From the NCBI GenBank assembly GCA_963817815.1, contig CAWFPY010000009.1, forward strand, positions 172,045 to 236,044: a DNA stretch of 64,000 nucleotides. The letters run 5' to 3'. Positions 21,119 through 30,130 of this stretch are shown one piece after another. The position numbers were made by a program, and so were the translations under genes. The notes under the pieces are model-generated. The model made no database searches, was not told where the DNA came from, and saw nothing but the letters and a program-made list of their open reading frames with translations. Positions within the stretch are counted from its first letter, which is position 1. Each line of letters starts with the position of its first letter. This DNA is from an uncultured Alphaproteobacteria bacterium. GTDB taxonomy: Bacteria; Pseudomonadota; Alphaproteobacteria; Rhizobiales; Xanthobacteraceae.

Positions 21119-21345
21119 TTCAGCGACCGCCGATTTGGTCTTCTTTTTGACGTTGGGACTTGGGCATGCGCAATTCCGGCTATCTTAAATCCAGTGTGCA
21201 GACGTCAAGCAAGCATGTCGACCCGCCTGGATTATGATGGCGATTTGACGGGGCTGTTGCCTTGACAAAGCGGACCCCCCATGCGCTTTTCGCCCGCTTC
21301 ACATCCAGATCCTGAATTGTCCCGGAAATACCCAAAGAATCACTT

Positions 21346-23142
21346 ATGCATCGCTATCGCTCACATACCTGCGGCGCGCTCCGCGACAGCGACATCGGCA
21401 CGGCCGTTCGCCTATCGGGCTGGTGCCACCGCATCCGCGACCATGGCGGGGTGCTGTTTATCGATCTGCGCGACCATTATGGGCTCACGCAGGTCGTGGC
21501 CGATCCGGACAGCAAGGCCTTCAGGCTTGCCGAGACACTGCGCGCGGAATGGGTCATCCGCATTGACGGCAAGGTCCGCCGCCGCCCCGCCGGTACCGAG
21601 AATCCGGACCTGCCGACAGGCCAGGTCGAAATCTATATCGACGAGATTGAGGTACTCGGGCCTGCCGGCGAATTGCCGATGCCGGTGTTCGGGGAACAGG
21701 ACTATCCGGAAGAGATCCGTCTCAAATACCGGTTTCTCGACCTGCGCCGCGATCATCTGCATGCGAACATCATGCTGCGCGGCAAGGTGATCGACTCCAT
21801 CCGCCGCCGCATGAAGGAAGGCGGCTTCTTCGAATTCCAGACGCCGATCCTTACCGCGTCGTCGCCGGAAGGCGCGCGCGACTATCTGGTGCCCTCGCGC
21901 ATCCACCCCGGGAAATTCTACGCGCTGCCGCAGGCGCCGCAGCAGTTCAAGCAGCTGATCATGATCGCGGGGTTCGATCGCTATTTCCAGATCGCGCCTT
22001 GCTTCCGTGACGAGGATGCACGGGCCGACCGCTCGCCCGGCGAATTCTACCAACTCGATCTGGAAATGAGCTTCGTCACCCAGCAGGACGTATTCGACGC
22101 GGTCGAGCCGGTGATCCGCGGCGTGTTCGAGGAGTTTGCCAACGGCAAGCCGGTGACAAAAAAGTTTCCGATGATCCCTTACGCGGAAGCGCTGCGAAAA
22201 TACGGCAGTGACAAGCCGGACCTGCGCAATCCGATCGTGATGCAGGACGTGAGCGAAGCGTTCCGCGGGTCAGGATTCAAGATCTTCGCCAATATCCTGG
22301 CGAACGATCCCGCCGCGCAGGTATGGGCTATCCCGGCGCCGAAAGGCGGCAATCGCGCCTTCTGCGACCGCATGAACTCCTGGGCGCAGGGCGAAGGCCA
22401 GCCAGGTCTAGGCTACATCTTCTGGCGCGAGGGCGAAGAAAGTGGCGCAGGGCCGCTTGCCAAGAACATGGGGCCCGAGCGGACGAAACAGATCGCTGAT
22501 CAACTCAAGATCGGGGTCGGCGATGCGTGCTTCTTCGTTGCCGGCAAGCCGAAGGATTTCGTGAAATTTGCGGGCCCCGCGCGCACGAAAGTCGGGGAAG
22601 AGCTCAACCTCATCGCTAAAGGCGGCTTCGAGTTCTGCTGGATCGTCGATTTCCCGATGTATGAATGGAACGAAGAAGAAAAGAAAATCGATTTCTCGCA
22701 CAACCCGTTCTCGATGCCGAACATGCCGGTCGAGGAATTCCTGGCGCTCGATCCAAAAGACAATGACAAGCTTCTGGCGATCAAGGCGATTCAATACGAC
22801 ATCGTCTGCAATGGCGTGGAATTGTCGTCGGGCGCGATCCGAAACCATCGCCCCGAGGTGATGAAAAAAGCCTTCGCCATTGCCGGCTATGACGAAACGG
22901 TTCTGGAACAGAAATTCGGCGGCATGCTGCACGCGCTTTCGCTCGGCGCGCCGCCACACGGCGGCATCGCGCCCGGCATTGACCGCATCGTCATGTTGCT
23001 CGCCGGCGAGGAAAACCTGCGCGAGGTTGTGCTGTTCCCGATGAACCAGCGCGCTGAGGACTTGATGATGGGCGCGCCGTCGGAGGCGACGCCGAAGCAG
23101 CTCAAGGAGCTGCACATCCGGCTGGATTTACCGAAGAAATAG
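21346..23142 (+). CDS. aspS: Aspartyl-tRNA synthetase
   Basis: 598 aa. [13 protein letters not shown]...[26 protein letters not shown]-like motif [25 protein letters not shown] and [13 protein letters not shown] are class II motifs. Confidence 0.95.
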   Translation: MHRYRSHTCGALRDSDIGTAVRLSGWCHRIRDHGGVLFIDLRDHYGLTQVVADPDSKAFRLAETLRAEWVIRIDGKVRRRPAGTENPDLPTGQVEIYIDEIEVLGPAGELPMPVFGEQDYPEEIRLKYRFLDLRRDHLHANIMLRGKVIDSIRRRMKEGGFFEFQTPILTASSPEGARDYLVPSRIHPGKFYALPQAPQQFKQLIMIAGFDRYFQIAPCFRDEDARADRSPGEFYQLDLEMSFVTQQDVFDAVEPVIRGVFEEFANGKPVTKKFPMIPYAEALRKYGSDKPDLRNPIVMQDVSEAFRGSGFKIFANILANDPAAQVWAIPAPKGGNRAFCDRMNSWAQGEGQPGLGYIFWREGEESGAGPLAKNMGPERTKQIADQLKIGVGDACFFVAGKPKDFVKFAGPARTKVGEELNLIAKGGFEFCWIVDFPMYEWNEEEKKIDFSHNPFSMPNMPVEEFLALDPKDNDKLLAIKAIQYDIVCNGVELSSGAIRNHRPEVMKKAFAIAGYDETVLEQKFGGMLHALSLGAPPHGGIAPGIDRIVMLLAGEENLREVVLFPMNQRAEDLMMGAPSEATPKQLKELHIRLDLPKK

Positions 23143-23152
23143 GTTTCTTGTC

Positions 23153-23259
23153 GTCACCGGGCTTGTCCCGGTGACCCCGCTTAGGCGGGCATTGTGCGTC
23201 CCTAAACGGGATCACCGGGTCATGCGCTTCGCGCGGCCCCGTGATGACCGCAGATGCGG
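23153..23259. repeat. Cluster of REP-like palindromes after aspS
   Basis: gtcaccggg-cttgt-cccggtgac (23153-23175, 9-bp arms), cccgc-ttag-gcggg (23176-23189), and further imperfect inverted repeats (ggtcat...atgacc, 23218-23249) fill the whole aspS/pirin convergent spacer. Confidence 0.6.
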
Positions 23260-24180
23260 TCACTTCTCCGGCAGCGGGATGAACTCGATCTCGTCGCCCG
23301 GCACCTTGCCGAAATGGCCGGCTTTCCACTCGGCCTTGGCCTGTTCGATGCGGTCCTCGCGTGAGGACACGAAATTCCACCAGATGTGACGCGGGCCGTC
23401 CATCGGCGCGCCGCCGACAATTACAAAGTGTGTGTCGGTCGCAGCGGTGATGCTTACCGTATCGCCAGGGCGGAACACCAGCAGGCGCCCGGGTTCGAAT
23501 CTGTCGCCGGCAATATCGAGCACGCCGTCAATGATGTAGACGGCACGTTCCTCGTGGTCGGCATCGAGCGGCAGCGTCGCGCCGGCTTTGAGATGCACGT
23601 CGCCGAAGATGGTCTCGTGCACGGTCGGCACGGGCGAAGCGGCTCCATAAAGCGAGCCGACCACCACGCGCACATTTTTTCCGTTGTCGTTGATCACGGG
23701 GAATTCGGCGGTCGCGTGATGCGCGAACCCCGCATCCATTTCTTCCTTGGCGGCTGGCAGCGCCACCCACATCTGCAAGCCGTGGATAGGCTCGCCGTCG
23801 ACGCGGCGCTCGGGCCGCGTGCGTTCAGAATGGACGATGCCGCGGCCGGCCGTCATCCAATTGACTTCGCCGGGTCTGATAGCGACCGCAGTGCCCAGGC
23901 TATCGCGATGCATGATCTCGCCGTCGAATAGATATGTAACGGTAGCGAGGCCGATATGCGGATGCGGGCGAACATCGAGCCCGTTTCCCGCATGGAATTC
24001 GGCCGGGCCGAAATGGTCGAAGAAAATGAACGGTCCGACCATTCGCGTGCGCGCCGAGGGCAGCGCGCGCCGCACGGCGAAGTCGCCGAGGTCAACAGTC
24101 CGTGGCACGATCACCTGGTCGATGGCGTCGCACTGATAGGTATCGCCTGCGGCCGGATCCTTGCCGGGGAAAAAACTCAT
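23260..24180 (-). CDS. Pirin-family protein
   Basis: 306 aa. RTRMVGPFIFFDHFGP...DVRPHPHIGLATVTYLFDGEIMHRDSLG is the cupin His motif of pirins. Confidence 0.85.
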   Translation of the reverse strand: MSFFPGKDPAAGDTYQCDAIDQVIVPRTVDLGDFAVRRALPSARTRMVGPFIFFDHFGPAEFHAGNGLDVRPHPHIGLATVTYLFDGEIMHRDSLGTAVAIRPGEVNWMTAGRGIVHSERTRPERRVDGEPIHGLQMWVALPAAKEEMDAGFAHHATAEFPVINDNGKNVRVVVGSLYGAASPVPTVHETIFGDVHLKAGATLPLDADHEERAVYIIDGVLDIAGDRFEPGRLLVFRPGDTVSITAATDTHFVIVGGAPMDGPRHIWWNFVSSREDRIEQAKAEWKAGHFGKVPGDEIEFIPLPEK

Positions 24181-24385
24181 CCATCGCTCCTGTGCCGTGC
24201 CCCGACCTCACTTTAGTACGTGAGCCATCCGCTCGGCGACGATTAACTCATTGCTAACCATAGCCGCCTGCAGGGGCGCGCTCGCGCGTTGGTTGGGCTT
24301 ACGCGGCCTTAAGCTTAAGGTGGTCTTTACGGCCCCATGGCTCACTACCAGGGCACCAGGATGGGTGGCCCTGGTCTGGGTCGGA

Positions 24386-26018
24386 ATGGGGTACTTAGTG
24401 CGCGCCTTTACGCGCCGGAATGTTTTTGCGGTCGTCGTCGGCGCCCTTCTGGCCGGCGTTCCACTGGTCGCATTTAATTTCTGGCTGGACAGTTTGGTGG
24501 ACCGTCAGGGCGAGGTAGAGGTGGGCACCTCTGCCAGGCGCGCGCTCGCGCTCGCCGAGGCGCGCGTCGGAGATGCGGTCGCAACGCTGGATGGTCTCGC
24601 CACGCGTGGCATCGATTCTCTGCGAATCCAATTTGATCGACGCGATGCGGCACGCCACCTTCAGTACGATCCCGATCAAGGAGGTGAGCATTGTCGGCCC
24701 GGGCGGGGAAACGCTCTGCACTGACCGCGGGTTACCATCCGGCGAGCGCAAGATGCTCTCATCGGAGCCGCTGCAGAGTCCCGCGGGCTACTCGTTTGAC
24801 ATTGTCTCTGTGGAGAACGGCGAACGCATGGTGCGGCTGCGCCGCCAGGTCGGGGCGGGTCCCAACAGCGTGGCCGCATTGGTGCCGGCGACACTGTTCC
24901 TTCCGCAGGTGTCTACGCAAGGTGGCCCGTTCAGTGCCTATGCGCGCATCATGACCCGGCAAGGCACGGTTATTGGTGAAGCCGGCGAGCGGCCCCTCGG
25001 GGAAGCCGGTCCGAATTTTAGCGCCAATAACCGGTCGGAAAAATTCGGCTTCACCGTAGAAATTCTGACGCCGCGCGCCCGCATCGCCGCCGAGCGGGCT
25101 GACCTCAAGTGGTTTGGAATACTCGGCGCCGGCGTCATCATGATTGCCTTCGCGGGTTTCGGTGCGCTGATGCCGCGCCGGACGCCGCGCAACCCCCTCG
25201 CGGAGATCGAGCAGGCCCTCGATGCGGGCGAATTCGTTCCCTACTATCAGCCTATCGTCGATATCCGCTCGGGCCAGCTCTGTGGCGCCGAAGTGCTGGT
25301 GCGCTGGCGCAAGCCAGACGGCACGCTGGTGTCGCCGGGCGCGTTTATCCCCTTGATGGAATCGGGCGGTCTCATTCACAAGCTTACGCGCAACCTGATG
25401 CGGAAGGTCTGTGCCGAAGCCGGCCCGAGCCTCGGCCGCCGTCCGGACCTGAAGATCTCGTTCAATTTTGCCGGCAAGCTCTTCAGCGAACCGACGATCG
25501 TCAAGGACGTGCAAAATATCTTCTCCGGCTCGCCGATCAAATTCTCGCAGGTCGTACTGGAAGTGACGGAGCGCGATCCGATCGAAAATTTTACGGAAAC
25601 TCGCCAGATCATTGCCGCCTTGCAGGGACTCGGCGTGCGCATCGCCATCGACGATGTCGGCACCGGCCACAGCGGGCTTTCGTACATGCTCAAGCTTGGG
25701 GTCGATATCATCAAGATCGACAAGATGTTCGTTGATGCGATCGGCACCGACCGCAACTCGACCACGATCGTTGAAACGCTGGTCGACCTTGCGCGCAACA
25801 TGCGCATGGATGTCGTGGCAGAAGGCGTGGAGAATTTCGAGCAGGTGATGCATTTGCGCGCGCTCGGCGTTCGGTTGGCACAAGGCTATGTCTTTGCACC
25901 GGCGCTGCCCGGCAGCTCCTTCCTGCAACTGGTCGAGGCCATCGCACCGCTGCAACAGCCGGCAACCGATATGGCCGCGCCTGCGGCCGACGAGCGCTTG
26001 CGCGCCATCTCGGCCTGA
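24386..26018 (+). pseudogene. CSS-motif sensor / EAL-domain c-di-GMP phosphodiesterase interrupted by a +1 nt frameshift near 24619 (or sequencing error)
   Basis: The N-terminus (MGYLVRAFTRRNVFAVVVGALLAGVPLVAFNFWLDSLV...VATLDGLATRGIDS) is in the frame of ORF 24251-24724. The continuation (CESNLIDAMRHATFSTIPIKEVSIVGPGGETLCTDRG..., second TM, EAL domain with FVPYYQPIV, LEVTER, IAIDDVGTG, KIDK, VAEGVE) is in the frame of ORF 24573-26018. The junction gattctctgcgaa has one extra base. 1633-1 nt = 544 codons. Confidence 0.85.
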
Positions 26019-26113
26019 CGCGCGGCGCCCAACGGGCTTCGCCAGCGGGCCGATTTGATTGGGGCCGGCAATTCCCTTAAAAAGCGCGAGACGGGGAGAC
26101 GGAGGGATTGTCC

Positions 26114-26425
26114 ATGATTAGATTCGCGACAGTGGCGATTGCGCTTGTTGTGTTCGGGCTTGTCCCCGAGCGGCAAGCGGCGGCACAGGACAACACGATG
26201 GGGGGCGCGATTCTCGGCGGTGCGGCCGGCGCCATTATCGGCGGTGCGGCGACCGGCAGGGCCGGGGGCGCCGTTGCCGGCGGGATCATTGGCGCCGCAG
26301 CCGGCGCGATGATTGGCTCGCAGCTCGAGCCGCGCCCAGGTGGCTATTATTGGTACAACGACCGCTGCTGGGTACGTTATGGCGACGGCAGCTATCACAG
26401 CGTGTCGCGCCGCTACTGCTATTGA
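26114..26425 (+). CDS. Secreted glycine-zipper protein with Cys/Tyr-rich tail
   Basis: GGAGGGA 7 nt before ATG 26114. Signal peptide MIRFATVAIALVVFGLVPERQAAAQ. Glycine zipper GGAILGGAAGAIIGGAATGRAGGAVAGGIIGAAAGAMIG. Tail YYWYNDRCWVRYGDGSYHSVSRRYCY. Confidence 0.65.
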   Translation: MIRFATVAIALVVFGLVPERQAAAQDNTMGGAILGGAAGAIIGGAATGRAGGAVAGGIIGAAAGAMIGSQLEPRPGGYYWYNDRCWVRYGDGSYHSVSRRYCY

Positions 26426-26452
26426 AATGGTGCCGCCGGCGGACATGAAAAT

Positions 26453-26472
26453 GGGCGGCCTTGCGGCCGCCC
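26453..26472. terminator. GC hairpin between convergent genes (possible terminator)
   Basis: gggcggcc-ttgc-ggccgccc, a perfect 8-bp stem. A short U-rich run (AUUUUC) occurs only in the minus orientation, downstream of the peroxidase gene. Confidence 0.4.
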
Positions 26473-26634
26473 AGTCTAAACGCCACGCGGGAGGAACTTC
26501 GTAACGGGTCGGCTGGTCAACGCCGCCGGCCCACGTGACTGTATCTTGGGCACAATCCGTCATGTGCCCGCTGATTCGTCAATTGAATTTTTCAGTTGTG
26601 TGACAAGGGCGGCAAATAACTGCGCTGCGCGCTG

Positions 26635-27216
26635 CTATTCCGCGCCCAGTTCTGTCTCGATGGCGGCAATCACGCGCGGATCTGTTGGCTCGATTGCCGA
26701 GGTGAAGCCCGCCTTCAGGTACCCGTCGCGCCCGATCAGATATTTGTGGAAATTCCAGCGGGGCGCCTCCAGCGGCCGTTCCGCCGCCGCCCATCGGTAG
26801 AACGGATGAGCATCGCGGCCTTTCACTGTTACTTTTTCGGTAATCGGGAAGGTCACGTGGTACTCGCCCTGGGCGATCGCGTGGATATCGGTCGCGCCGC
26901 CGGGCTCCTGCCCGCCGAAGTCATTGGACGGTACGCCGAGCACGAGCAGACCCTTGTCGTGATAGCGCGTCCACAACTCCTGCAGGCCGGCATATTGCGG
27001 GGTATACCCGCACTGCGACGCCGTATTGACCACCAGCAATGGATGGCCGGCATAGGACGACAGCAGGATTTCGTCGCCGTCCAAGCCCTTGAAGGTGAAC
27101 GCATAGGCGGTAATGCGACTCATGGTCGCCGCCTTTGCCAATCGGGGCGCGAGGCCCGACAGCGACGCAGCGCCCAAAAGCAGGACATGCCGACGATCAA
27201 TCATGGCCGGTATCAT
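26635..27216 (-). CDS. Glutathione peroxidase with Tat-like signal peptide
   Basis: LLVVNTASQCGYTPQYAGLQELW...LGVPSNDFGGQEPG...WNFHKYLIGRDG are GPx motifs. N-terminus MIPAMIDRRHVLLLGAASLSGLAPRLAKA has a twin-arginine-like signal. Confidence 0.85.
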   Translation of the reverse strand: MIPAMIDRRHVLLLGAASLSGLAPRLAKAATMSRITAYAFTFKGLDGDEILLSSYAGHPLLVVNTASQCGYTPQYAGLQELWTRYHDKGLLVLGVPSNDFGGQEPGGATDIHAIAQGEYHVTFPITEKVTVKGRDAHPFYRWAAAERPLEAPRWNFHKYLIGRDGYLKAGFTSAIEPTDPRVIAAIETELGAE

Positions 27217-27320
27217 AGCCCGGCTCCTGGCCGCCCGCTGCGCAAAATTACGTGAAGATCAGCGCCCGCGCGCAGATGCCACGACCGCAATAGTGCCGAT
27301 GGAAGAAGCCGGAGTAGGAA

Positions 27321-27506
27321 CTAGGCCGCGATGCGCACCGTGGTCTCAAAGGATGTGCCACACGCGTCGCATTGCCACAGATGGCGCACGCGGCAACCGT
27401 CGAGACATTCAGACCACTCGGGAATGTAAATGCGCTCGCCACACTGCGCACATTCAATTACGGGGCGTGAGCGCACAAACCTTGTGACCTCAGGTGATAG
27501 TTCCAT
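27321..27506 (-). CDS. Small zinc-ribbon-like protein (61 aa)
   Basis: GGAGG before ATG 27506. MELSPEVTRFVRSRPVIECAQCGERIYIPEWSECLDGCRVRHLWQCDACGTSFETTVRIAA has CxxC...CxxC pairs. The longer track ORF (to 27611) has no support. Confidence 0.55.
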   Translation of the reverse strand: MELSPEVTRFVRSRPVIECAQCGERIYIPEWSECLDGCRVRHLWQCDACGTSFETTVRIAA

Positions 27507-27730
27507 GGGGCTCCTCCCGACACTTTTGCTTTGGCCCCGTTCCCTCGGGTTGTCCGTCGCCTTCGACTTTAGTGCAGGGGCCAAGCGCGAATAAAGCAGC
27601 AGCACTGACATAACCTACCAGCGCCGCGTGAAATTTTTGCGTCAGAACGATCAAGATGGATTCAAAAGTTTTCGCGGCAGTACCGAAAACTTTATGTTGT
27701 TTTGCCGGTTTGAAAAGTTTTCATGTCCCG

Positions 27731-28081
27731 TCACAGCGTTACGCCGAATTTTCCGAGCAGCCAGATCGTGCCGAGATAGAGCACAAAGGTGAGCACGCAG
27801 CAGGCGGCAAGCGTTGTCCAGAATCCGGCGCCCTGACGCAGCATCGCCGGCATGACCAGGAACATCGGCAGGGTGGGGAGCACGTACCAGAATGTCGATT
27901 GCGCATGCGCGGCGATGCGCTCTGCGTCGCTGGTGTCGTGCCACAGCCAGAGGATTCCGAGAATCGATACGAGTGGAAGGGAGACAATGAGTGCACCGAG
28001 GGTCGGCGACCGGCGCGCGACCTCCGATACGACCGCGATAATGACGCCGGATAGCGCGGCCTTAATGGTGAGATAGAGCAT
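27731..28081 (-). CDS. Small 4-TM membrane protein (DUF3147-like)
   Basis: 116 aa hydrophobic protein: MLYLTIKAALSGVIIAVVSEVARRSPTLGALIVSLPLVSILGILWLW... The family assignment is from memory only. Confidence 0.55.
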   Translation of the reverse strand: MLYLTIKAALSGVIIAVVSEVARRSPTLGALIVSLPLVSILGILWLWHDTSDAERIAAHAQSTFWYVLPTLPMFLVMPAMLRQGAGFWTTLAACCVLTFVLYLGTIWLLGKFGVTL

Positions 28082-28222
28082 GATGCGCTCCGAGGTGGAT
28101 GGAATGACTTCGATATTAAGGTCAGAAGGTTACACGGTCGCGCGCCGAACGACCATCGGCCCCGGTAGACAACGCGGCCGCGGGGCGTTGAAATACCTCA
28201 CGCACCACAGCGTTGGGCTTCC

Positions 28223-28531
28223 ATGAGCCAGAAGACCGCTGAGAAACCGCGCACGAAGGTGAAGCCGAAAACACAGCGGCCGCCGCTGTGGAAGGTCATT
28301 CTGCTCAATGACGATTTCACGCCGCGCGAATTCGTCGTGCTTGTGCTCAAGGCGGTCTTCCGCATGAACGAGAGCCATGCCTACAAGGTGATGATGACCG
28401 CGCACCAGAAAGGCGCCTGCGTGATCGCCGTCTATACCCGCGATGTCGCGGAGACCAAGGCGAAAGAGGCGACCGACATGGGCCGCTCGAAAGGCTATCC
28501 GCTTTATTTCACGACCGAGAAGGAAGAGTAG
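28223..28531 (+). CDS. clpS: ATP-dependent Clp protease adaptor ClpS (orphan copy, no clpA nearby)
   Basis: 102 aa. PPLWKVILLNDDFTPREFVVLVLKAVFRMNESHAYKVMMTAHQKGACVIAVYTRDVAETK is canonical ClpS. Confidence 0.9.
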   Translation: MSQKTAEKPRTKVKPKTQRPPLWKVILLNDDFTPREFVVLVLKAVFRMNESHAYKVMMTAHQKGACVIAVYTRDVAETKAKEATDMGRSKGYPLYFTTEKEE

Positions 28532-28541
28532 AGAGGAATCA

Positions 28542-28898
28542 ATGAAACGGTATTGTTTTCTTCCGCTCGTCGTCTGCATGACGATGTGTGCGGCTCAAAC
28601 GCAAGCCATGCCGGTTGGGCCGACGACTGCTCCGGCCCTGATCATCAGTGTTGCGAGCGGATGCGGCCTTGGCGTACATCGCGGGCCCTACGACGGATGC
28701 GAAACGGTCTATGACGGCAATTATGCCGGCGCGGCCGTAGCCCTTACAATCATTACTATGTCGGGCAATACTTCGTCGGGTCTGACCGCGGGGGATTCTG
28801 CGGCGGGCGCGGCACGCACCTCGTTTGCAACAGCTTTGGACTATGTCGGGTCGTTTGTAACTGACGCACGACCTGCGGCGTCACGCCTCTGCGCTTAG
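28542..28898 (+). CDS. Small secreted Cys-containing protein (GCG...GPY.GC prefix), possibly frameshifted
   Basis: ATG 10 nt after the clpS stop. Signal peptide MKRYCFLPLVVCMTMCAAQTQA, then VASGCGLGVHRGPYDGCETVYDGNY. From about 28715 an alternative frame reads RRGRSPYNHYYVGQYFVGSDRGGFCGGRGTHLVCNSFGLCRVVCN with a stop at 28862-28864 (see findings). Confidence 0.5.
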   Translation: MKRYCFLPLVVCMTMCAAQTQAMPVGPTTAPALIISVASGCGLGVHRGPYDGCETVYDGNYAGAAVALTIITMSGNTSSGLTAGDSAAGAARTSFATALDYVGSFVTDARPAASRLCA

Positions 28899-29115
28899 CG
28901 CAATACCACCATGCAACTATTGCTTATCGCGCGCGACAGGCGGCCGCACGCGACAAATCGCACACGGCGTTGTGATCGCGATGCGCGAACGTTCGAGCCA
29001 ATTCCGGTGTTCGTTTCATATTGACGCCAAATTTGGCGGCAGTGTGCACGTTGTTCCATTCCGGAACCCCATCATCGTTGCGATCACATCATCAGGGGCG
29101 ACTCGAGGGAAAGAA

Positions 29116-29550
29116 ATGACCCAATCCGAACTGACATCACGTACGCAACCGTCGACAGCCTGGTCGCATTGGTCGCCCTATATCCTGAGCATCGTGCGTA
29201 TTGTCGTGGCGCTTCTTTTCTTTGAACACGGCCTGTCGAAGTTGTTCGGTTTTCCTCAACCGGTGCCTCCGCCGGCATTGTTTTCGCTGGCCTGGTTTTC
29301 GGGCGCGATCGAATTCGTGGGCGGTGGTCTTTTGGCCATCGGTCTGTTTTCGCGCGCCGCGGCGTTCATCATGTCCGGCGAGATGGCGATCGGTTATTTC
29401 CTCAGCCACGCCCCGCACAGCTTCTTCCCCATCCTCAATCGCGGCGATGCGGCAATCTTGTATTGCTTCATTTTCCTCTATTTCGCCTTCGCCGGCGGTG
29501 GCCCGTGGAGCCTCGATGCGAAGCTATGGGCCCGCCGGTCGGCGCGATAA
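29116..29550 (+). CDS. DoxX-family membrane protein (fourth copy in window)
   Basis: GAGGGA before ATG 29116. LSIVRIVVALLFFEHGLSKLFGFP...FLYFAFAGGGPWSLDAKLW. Confidence 0.8.
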   Translation: MTQSELTSRTQPSTAWSHWSPYILSIVRIVVALLFFEHGLSKLFGFPQPVPPPALFSLAWFSGAIEFVGGGLLAIGLFSRAAAFIMSGEMAIGYFLSHAPHSFFPILNRGDAAILYCFIFLYFAFAGGGPWSLDAKLWARRSAR

Positions 29551-29648
29551 TTGCCAATAAAATACGGGTCGCAGTTCCGGCCCATTGCTGAGCCCGATTG
29601 GTGGCGACATCGCTTGATCTCATGCGGCCTTTATTGAATGATGGCCGC

Positions 29649-30032
29649 ATGAAAAAGCTCATGAAAAGCGTCCTCGTGGCGACCTCTGCCTTTGCGGTGC
29701 TGGTCCTTGTGCAGCCAGACTTCGCGGCCAACGCGCGGGGTGGCGGCATGGGCGGACATGCGATGCATGTCAGCGGCCATTTCCGCTCGTTCCACCGTAA
29801 CGGACATTTCGCACGCCATAACCACAATCAGAATCAGAACATGTGGTGGTACGGGGGGTACGGCTATTACACGCTTCCGGCCTCCACCTCAGGCGATGAG
29901 GCCGTCACGTCTTCGGTGCCGGTGATGTATGTGCCGGTCCGCGTGGCGAGTTGCCATAAAGTGCAGGAGGCGATGACCGTCCCTTCGGAAGAAGGTGGGA
30001 CGCGCCAGGTCACGGTGACACGCTGTCAGTGA
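29649..30032 (+). CDS. Secreted His/Asn/Tyr-rich hypothetical protein
   Basis: ATG 29649. Signal peptide MKKLMKSVLVATSAFAVLVLVQPDFAA. His-rich segment GGHAMHVSGHFRSFHRNGHFARHNHNQNQNMWWYGGYGYY. Two Cys near the C-terminus. Confidence 0.5.
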   Translation: MKKLMKSVLVATSAFAVLVLVQPDFAANARGGGMGGHAMHVSGHFRSFHRNGHFARHNHNQNQNMWWYGGYGYYTLPASTSGDEAVTSSVPVMYVPVRVASCHKVQEAMTVPSEEGGTRQVTVTRCQ

Positions 30033-30076
30033 AGCTGACGCGCTTCGACCAATCCAAATTCCGCGTATCGCGCGCT

Positions 30077-30118
30077 AAAAGAAAAAGGGCGCCGTCAATG
30101 ACGGCGCCCTTTCTTTTT
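30077..30118. terminator. Bidirectional Rho-independent terminator
   Basis: aaaagaaaaa-GGGCGCCGTC-aat-GACGGCGCCC-tttcttttt. Perfect 10-bp stem flanked by A and T runs, between convergent genes 29649-30032 and 30131-30844. Confidence 0.75.
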
Positions 30119-30130
30119 ATGAAATCGGTC

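Noticed and set aside
24243-24257. TTAA-N7-CTAA, a CtrA-box-like site in the pirin/EAL divergent promoter region.
   Set aside because: It has one mismatch to TTAA-N7-TTAA. Such near-matches are frequent by chance, and there is no supporting context.
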